Below, piece after piece: positions 56,226-64,000 of a stretch of 64,000 nt of DNA (the first letter of the stretch is position 1; each line of letters begins with the position of its first letter). Position numbers and translations under genes: made by a program. Source of the stretch: the human T2T-CHM13v2.0 reference genome, Homo sapiens. The stretch is taken from the NCBI RefSeq assembly GCF_009914755.1, contig NC_060942.1; one strand, 5' to 3'. The notes beneath the pieces were generated by a model that made no database searches, was not told the DNA's origin, and saw only the letters and a program-made list of their open reading frames with translations.

Positions 56226-57189
56226 CAGTAGAAGTGCCATAATTCCTTTAGTCATTTAACATTCCTTTCGCTGGGTCTTCATCAAGTCCATTATGTCTCT
56301 TGGAAGGATAGTGTGCAAACTGCACCTAGTAAATGTGCCACTGAAGCACGGTGTGGTAGAAGGAGATTGCAATCATTTTCCTTGTGCTTTTACACCTCTT
56401 CCTCACAACGCTTAGGAATTTGTTCACTTATGTGCCACTGCCTTATACTGAACCAATATCTTCAAACATCAGTCAAAAGTGACACCCTAATTTACAAGCT
56501 GCACTTTATAGCTTAGACTCTTTAAGTTTTATAAATATTTTTTTCCCTCCCTTAAATGAGTTATCTTAATGCTTTAATGCAATGTTGTTTATTCCCCATG
56601 TTGAGCTACTTTCACTGATATTTATCTTAAGCGAGGTGGCTTCTACTAGATAAAATAAAATAATAACTGCGCAATTGTCTTTTCTAGCTGATTTACAAAC
56701 ATGTAAGGCCATGTCTCTACCAGTCGCCAGAATATTGAATAACCAATTGTTTGCATATAGGTCTTCTATTCTTATTCCTTCATTTTAATTTAGCAAACAT
56801 TTATTGAGCAGTTAAAGAGATGTGCTTCGTGGCACAATTTAGCATGGGAAAAACATATAAACAGTTCTCCTACCCTTGAAAACTAAATAAATGAGTCACG
56901 TCTCCCCTGCTCCTTCTGGTTCAGGCATATTCACCCTGACATAGAACATTAGGGGTTTAGTCAAGACTGTGCTTTCTCCACTCTTCTCAGAGTTCACTGT
57001 CTGAAGCTATCGAGTAGCTCAGTGTTAGGACAGAGGGAAGTCGGGAAATGACTGTGTGTGCCTTTCTGTTACTAATCCTGAACTCGCCAATTAATTACCA
57101 CGCTATCTGAAGCTTCGGTCCTTGCCTATTTGTGATCTGAAGGACAGGATACACCTGTAGATCCTGCACTGGAAACTCTAAATTTATAC

Positions 57190-57608
57190 TTGTTGTTGTT
57201 TGCTAGTAATATTCATTCCCTTTCTCAGCAGTATACCTAGTTCTTTTTGGGGAATTTCCCTTCCTCCAGTGGGCGCAGTCTTGGTATGATGATAAGTCCT
57301 AGAAGCTAACGGAGACCCTGAAGCCTCCTTTTGTTAGGATTTTCAACTGAGTGGAGAAATGAAAGACAGAAAAAACGGTCAGGGTTAATGCCTTGATTCT
57401 GGGGAAGGACGGGGGTTGAGTGGTTCAGCCACACTGTTCCTGCCACCCACAGCTCTGGAATGTCCAGGTTCCTGCCTTTTCTGAGACTGACTCTGCGGCC
57501 TTCTCTTCAAATTTGTTAGTTTCCTCAAGATCCTTCTAATACATTCTTGCTTGCTTATGTTATCCAGAGTTAGTTTCTTTTTTCAGCAAGAGGCCCTAAA
57601 AGACTCCA
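57190..57608 (+). mobile_element. Old ERVL/MaLR solo LTR
   Basis: 3' end aatacattc...ttgcttatgttatccagagttagtttct...gccctaa is typical of the class; subfamily uncertain. Confidence 0.55.
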
Positions 57609-57923
57609 TTTATAAAGAAAAAAAAAAAGGAAGCAATTTTTGCCTGAGTTATGAGTAGATTAAATTCAATATGTACAAATGGCTCCAGTGACAGCGGGAA
57701 TTATTGAACTTAAACTAAGTTATGTTAACATGAATCACTTTGTAATTATTTCATATCACTGATCATGACTACTGCCAAATGAGTTATGAGTTGTAAAGCT
57801 ATAATAAAAATATTATGATGCAATATTATCATACATGCCAAGTGAAACATTCCGTTAAATCTCTTACCTGAAGAAAAATCTGTAGATGCCATATGCCATT
57901 TAAAGTATTTCAGGTATAGCATC

Positions 57924-58066
57924 CTGGTTGAGCATCCCAAATTCAAAAATCTGAAATCCATAATGCTCCAGTAAGCATTTCTTTTAAGCATCCTGTTGGT
58001 GCCCAAAATGTTTTGGATTTTGGAGCATTTTAGATGTCAGATTTTTGGATTTGGGATGCTCAATTT
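57924..58066. mobile_element. Tigger4a/MER46 fragment (palindromic)
   Basis: ggttgagcatcccaaattcaaaaatctgaaatcc...ggatttgggatgctcaa. Confidence 0.88.
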
Positions 58067-58079
58067 GTATTTCTATTTG

Positions 58080-58190
58080 TACAAGGTAGGCTTCCTCTCT
58101 GTTTCATCAATTATAAAAGATAATGCTATTTTCTTCAAAATATTGTGAGTTAAATGAGATGGTATCTGTAAACGTTCTTAGAAGAACTTC
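58080..58190 (+). mobile_element. MIR fragment
   Basis: tattgtgagttaaatgagatggtatctgtaaacgttcttag. Confidence 0.6.
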
Positions 58191-58719
58191 TGTGAATTAT
58201 GACCCCAATCTAAATAGACATTCCAAACTATTTTCTACTGAAAACCCAAGGTCAGGTTTATATCCTTGATACATAGAATAAAAAAGCCTGATATCTGAAG
58301 TTACTTAGATCATCAGAAAGCATAAAGCTAGCTTTTTAATTTAAGTCAATTTGACAACTTCTTGACAACATTTTGATGAATTGTGTTCTCCTTTAATTAA
58401 ATAGAAGCAGAAAAGACGTCTCAGTGTTGAAATTTTTTAACTATGTAAATACACCGTAGAAGTTTTGAGAAATAATACCTCTTTTTCACTCTCGATTTTT
58501 GGTATCCTTCCTTCAAAAAACTTACTCAGTAACTACTTACTGAGAAGTTTTATTCAGTAAATATGAACATGATGATACAAGATAATGAGGGATTATATAT
58601 GTATAGCAGCACTATTAATTCTAATCAAAATATGTAACTACCCTTTCAGGTTACTGAAAGCAAATGAGCTGGCAATAGGAGCTGCTTTCATATTATTAGA
58701 AATGGGTGCCCTTTAGGCA

Positions 58720-58918
58720 AAGATCTCTCCAAGAGTAATCTGTGGACCACCTGCATCCAAATTACTTGGAATTACTTTTCAATAAGGTGAATTTGAAAAA
58801 TGCCCCTCTCCACCCCAAATTATTGAATTATAATGTCTGAAGAAGTAGAATACAGGAAAAATCATCAATAAAAACTTTTCACATAATTTGCATGAACATC
58901 AAAATTTGAGAACTATAA
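58720..58918. mobile_element. MER5A/B
   Basis: tggaccacctgcatccaaattacttgg...aaatttgagaacta. Confidence 0.65.
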
Positions 58919-61159
58919 CTCAGATCATCTGTGGTAGACTTTATCACTGAGTAGGCAATAGTCAAAGTGGGCCACTATGTGATGCTGGGAGTGTTGTGCA
59001 GTGCACAACTTCAGAGAGTGCTGTTGGTATCACAGTCTATACCGTACAGCAGCTCTGATTGCAAGATTTAATTCATATCTTATGGTTGCCAAGGAGAAGT
59101 TACCAAAATAGCAACTGAGAGAATCTATCACATTTGCACTTTTCAAATCTTCAGCTTTACAATGTCATCAAGCATGAGATGTGTGAAGGACTGTGTTTTG
59201 ATCTATCTCCTAAATCCTAAAGGGATAATTGACATCATTTAAAAAAAATTAGTTTTTTTCATCATTTATTTGATGAATTCTAGGTTTTTTAAACAAAGGA
59301 ACTGAAGAAAGAAGAAAATCTTTTGTTTAGAAGTTTTGAGTCATTAAAGTATTGAATAAGCAATTTTACCTGCTGAGAATGATCAGCTTTTAGTCTGCAG
59401 TTTTTTAGTTATGTACTCAGAAGGTCCCTAAATAAAAAGAAAACTATAAAAATTGATTTCTTCTTTTTTTCGTATGGAAGTGGTACCAAATACTGCTTTA
59501 AAAAATAGTCTCACATTATAAAAATTAGCCCACATTCATGTGATATTCAGGGTAAGTGGCTCTGGAGCCACAACTAAATTGTAGCATCTCAACACCCGTT
59601 TCCTCAAATGAGATGCTAAACAAAGTGTCTTCGATTTAAAATCAAACTATACAGGCCTCCTTAGTTGCCTGTGTGTTGATGGATATTTTCAGAAACAGAA
59701 TCTAAAATAATATTTATTTGGAAGGTTTACAAAGAGAGATTACTACTTTTCTCAGTGCAGATTGTCCAAGTTGGTCCAACTTCAAGAGTATTTTTCAATC
59801 TGGATATGAGTCTGCAAATCCACATTGAATCCATTAGGACCTACTTAATATAATTTCCTCCCCATATCTTTTATCCTCCTTTTCCATGCCCTGTTTGTTT
59901 ATTTAAACCTCTTTTTTCATCTTCTTAGTCTTTCAAGCATGTCAAGTTAGTCCTCCAAAGAGACATTTCCTTTGTCTTGTAATTTACTTGTTGTGTTAGG
60001 AATTGTCAATTAACCAAATAGTCCTTTACTGAAATGCAAACTGGTTTTCAGATTCAAATAGTTGTTTTTAATAGGCCAGGAAATCCCAGTGAATAATTAC
60101 TGTTTACATAGTTTCCACAGTGTTTATATGCATTTTTTAAATTTAAAAAAATGTGAAGAATTTTCTTACTTGTAGTTTTCCTTATAGCCTTGATAATGTA
60201 TCTTATTACATCTATATTTATGCATTAAAATCTAGTAGGTATAATTTATCAGTAAGAATGACCACTATAATGCCTTAACTTTATTTACCAAATACACTGC
60301 TAGAGGAAAATACAATCAAAATAAAGATATTAGAAAGAAAATGAGAAAAAAGAAGATGACATAGATTCCTAAGAAAGTAAGTCTTTTAATAGGTTTCTGG
60401 AACATCAATATCAGACTAATTATAATCTCTTGAAATCAGATTTTCTGGTGAAAGTAGAACTTATGTAAGACCAGAATGAGAATGTCAAAAAAGAGATTAA
60501 ACTCTGCATCAGTTTTCTTTTCCTATACATAGATAACTATGAAAATGAAACAAATAGAATAAAAATCATAAGTGTCCTAACATAATTCACATAATCAGAG
60601 CCTTTTGGATAATTCCAGTTATGATCCATAGAAATAATTTCTTCTTTTCTGATGTGAACTGAGTTGTGAGAGCACTGAAATTTGGAAAGTATTTTGTTAC
60701 AAATTGGCAAAAGTTTCAAATCTCTTCCAATGCATGCTGTTGAAAAGATCAACAAATGATGGGCTTCTCAAAAGTTCCATGTGGTTACTATGCAATCATA
60801 CGAACTTACACAATTTCATTTTGGCTAAATGATGATGGAAAACAAATATAGCACAAGATGTGCCCGCTCTTTCATGTCAGCATTCATAGGCCTATCATTC
60901 ACTGTTACTTTACTCCCCAGTTTAATCGACGTACTGAGAACTAAAGGAGAAAAATGTTATCTTTTTCATTTCTTTTTTGGTTAACTTGAGCAATTCATTT
61001 TTGGTTTATTAAAAGCCAAAACAATAAGTTACCCAGGGCTTGAGTCACATCTTTTATCACTGCACAAAACTTGCCTGTGACTGGTTATGTCTGTTAGAAT
61101 TTATGTGGATGAGACACGGCAATGTGTGATTGAACAAGTCCTCCTGGGGATTCCAATGC

Positions 61160-61305
61160 CCTGTGGTTCTTAAAACACTGATTGCTGAGGTCACTCCTAG
61201 AGTTCTTGATTCGGTAAGTCTGGAGTTAGGCCCCTCAGTTCGCATTTCTGACAAGTTCCCAGGTGATGCTGATGCTATTATCTGAGAAACACACTTCGCT
61301 TACAG
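61160..61305. mobile_element. MER5A
   Basis: gattcggtaagtctggag...gcatttctgacaagttcccaggtgatgctgatgct. Confidence 0.8.
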
Positions 61306-61799
61306 CATTGATAAATGAACCAGTCTGTGAATTTTCATAGACTGCCTTTCATTTCCTGTCAGTTATGATAATGAAATCTCACTGTAAGTCCATAAAGTAA
61401 CATCAAAGCTGTGTCAGCTATGAACACAACTCTTAGAAAAAAAATGGTCGCATATGAAATGCAAACATACGATAGAAATTACAGAGCACTTATTACAAAG
61501 AGATAAATCTTAGTTACATGGATGAAGGAGGAAAAGGAAATAATATACCATCATTCTGAAACAAATAGAAATGCAAAATCCAACAGCACTGGCTGGAGGA
61601 TATGGGATGCCACCAATAAAAAGTATTTTAAGTATTTCTTTTACTTTTCTAAAAATTGTTTTTGTGGACTGCCATTAGATTCCTACACATTGGTGTTGTC
61701 CTGAATATTTTGGAAAGAAACTTAGGCAATACTTCCATTGACTATTGACAGGCCAATGATACTGTTCTAAGATTTTTTTCCTTATCATTAGTTTTCTAA

Positions 61800-61908
61800 A
61801 CATTTTTAAATTTATTTTTAATTGATAATAAAAATTGTATATATTTATCATGTACCACATGTTGTTTTGAAATATACATACATTGTGGAAAGGGTAAATC
61901 AAGCTATC
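61800..61908 (-). mobile_element. L1MA 3' terminal fragment
   Basis: aattgtatatatttatcatgtacc...ttgtggaaagggtaaatcaagcta. Confidence 0.75.
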
Positions 61909-62598
61909 CCTTATAGTCATTTATCTGGGATGGTCATCTGCCATTATATAGAAAAATGATACATTATTTTGCTTCCATCATGAAAACCATCAGGCGCCAG
62001 ACATATCTGCTTCTCAAAAGCAGTTCCCCTTCATCCTCAAAGCCCTCGACCTAGTAATGTATGATTCTGATTTTTTGTAGAATGTGTCTTTTCATTACAA
62101 TAAAATACACTCCATTTCTTTGTTTTGGGAAGATTATAGCTTTCTCCCCAGGCTTTTTAGGGGACAAAGACTATTCTCCATATGACGAACCTATCAAGAT
62201 TCATCTTGAAATATTTTATGCATTCTTTTTTTAATCCACTGGAATTAATTTTGTTCTTGGATCACCTTTTCAAGGACACAATCAGCTCTCGCAGCTGACT
62301 GCTCCAGTGGGTGCTAGAAAGTCCGCCCAGAATTCTGGCACATGGATCTGAAATGAAGGAGAACACAAGCAGCCAGGCATTAAGGAGGATTTGGGGTAAA
62401 TCTGCTCTTGGAAATGCAAACTTAGGAAAAACTTTCCACTTCAAAAAAAGAGTCAGAACTTTCTTTGGGAAGTGGCAGAACAAAGGGACCTTGCATGCTC
62501 ATTCAAAAATTCTTTTCAGAAACATTTGCACACCTGGGAGGAAGAAAGCGGGAAGGGCAGGCAGTGGCACTAGGAACCCGATACCTGGTGGGCCTGTG

Positions 62599-62880
62599 AT
62601 CGCATGGGTAATACCCACCTGAGGGCTAGATCACACATGTAGCATACCTGTGAGGGCTAGATCATGCATGTAATACCCATGATGAGGGCTAGATTACAAA
62701 TGCAGTACACATAAAGGTGAGATCATGCATGTAGTACCCATGTGAGGGCTAGATCACACACATAGTAACTCACAATGAGGGCAATTACACATGTAATACC
62801 CATGATGAGGGCTAGGTCACACATGTAGTACCCACGATGAGGGCTAGGTCACCCAAAGAGTACTCACTATGAGGGCTAGA
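62599..62880. repeat. Minisatellite, about 9 copies of a 29-32 bp unit
   Basis: Approximate consensus ATCACACATGTAGTACCCATGATGAGGGCTAG. Confidence 0.93.
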
Positions 62881-63109
62881 GATGCACTGACACAAAGTGG
62901 CCATGGAGCAGTCCTCAGTGGCCCTCATCACACTGGTTTGGTGAGAAAGTGTCAGAAAGAAAGGGGAGAGTGCTCAGTTGACTCACCTGCCCTCTCACCG
63001 CTCTTAGATGGTGTGTTGTGAGGCTTGTGCCTTGTGCTGTAGTGTTTAGTAGAATCATTCTTGGACACCTAAAACACCAGTTTCTTGGAACACATTATTT
63101 AAAATCTTT

Positions 63110-63262
63110 CTAATTTCTAATTTCCCCATCTGTAAAATCAATGCAATAATAGTTCCTTAATAGTTCTTTTCGGTTAAAAAGTGCCTCTGCGGAGTACAGT
63201 GCCTGGAATATAAAAAAAGTGCCTCTGCGGAGTACAGTGCCTGGAATATAACAAGTACTCCT
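63110..63262 (+). mobile_element. MIR fragment
   Basis: tttccccatctgtaaaat...aataatagt...acagtgcctgg...aagtactc. Confidence 0.7.
63176..63251. repeat. Perfect 38-bp tandem duplication
   Basis: Two copies of aaaaagtgcctctgcggagtacagtgcctggaatataa. Confidence 0.97.
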
Positions 63263-63967
63263 TACGTAACCGAAACAAAACTCATAAGTCTGATTGCTAT
63301 AATCTCTAAGGCATTTGGAGGTGGACTGACCACGGATGGGCACAGTCTGAGGACAGCCTTGTCCTCAGTTTTGCTTTTGTGGACTTCCTGCCAGATCCTC
63401 CCAAGGCTCTGCATTTCTGGGGCTTTATGAGAAGAGAACTCATCCCCTTGGCAAGAAGTATTCTTCATCAATGATCTCATCATATAACAAGTTATTTTGA
63501 GGCCACTTTATAGTACATGTGTTAGAGATTTCAGTAACTAACTCATGATGACACAGACAAATTTGAATACAAAACAAAACAATGTCACAGCAACGTGATC
63601 TTCCGTGATATCCTCATGTCCCATGATGTTTCTTTCTAAGAGCACTTACTTCAGTGATAAATATTATCATTTTGGGATATCTCCTTGGCATCAGAAATGT
63701 TTACTAATTTTGAAATAAGGAAAGTGGGATGTTTCAGTCAGGTGTGTAGTTCTGATTTTTGGAAAAAAATGAAACCCGCTTATCTTTTTTTTACCCTACA
63801 CTGTGGCTGAAAGGTATACAATGTCAAAATGGCATTTAAAAATTAAGGTAGCTATATTTTGGAACATTTTATCCCTACCTTTGAAAATTCAAATTGTTCA
63901 GACCTTCAGAAAAATTAATAGTAATGCCACGAACACCTGGGTGCCCATGGTGTAACTTCATCGATTA

Positions 63968-64000
63968 TTATTTTGCTTTCTTGCTCTTTTTTTTTCTGTA
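63968..64000 (+). other. Polypyrimidine tract, probable 3' splice acceptor cut by the window edge
   Basis: ttttgctttcttgctctttttttttctgta; needs G at 64001 to complete TAG; no AG in the preceding 60+ nt. Confidence 0.55.

Noticed and set aside
62599-62880. Minisatellite as a CRISPR-like repeat-spacer array
   Set aside because: The apparent spacers are diverged copies of one another; eukaryotic context; no cas genes
62987-63068. Minus-strand 82-bp exon with donor CAG|gtgagt
   Set aside because: The acceptor lacks a real pyrimidine tract and has no supporting partner exons

Overview
AT-rich, CpG-depleted primate genomic DNA (AluY/AluS, L1PA, THE1 LTRs; catarrhine, human-like), apparently intronic or intergenic. 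About half is recognisable transposable-element debris: six dimeric Alus plus two monomers, a near-full-length dead L1MA-type element (about 43.9-50.9 kb), many truncated L1s, L2/MIR, solo LTRs and DNA-transposon fossils. I recognise no gene, RNA gene, CpG island or CRISPR array, and the ORF track is mostly L1/Alu fragments or chance ORFs. One credible + strand internal exon (1360-1545) and a strong 3' splice acceptor at the last bases suggest a long + strand intron. I found no convincing new biological system. The best observations are fossil DNA-rearrangement events: a probable L1 3' transduction, a 22-nt insertion templated from 1.55 kb away, a twin-primed L1 inversion, a fold-back duplication and a perfect 38-bp duplication. 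There is also a 31-32-bp minisatellite with p53-like spaced cores. Subfamily names come from recalled consensus sequences, and boundaries of old repeats are approximate.
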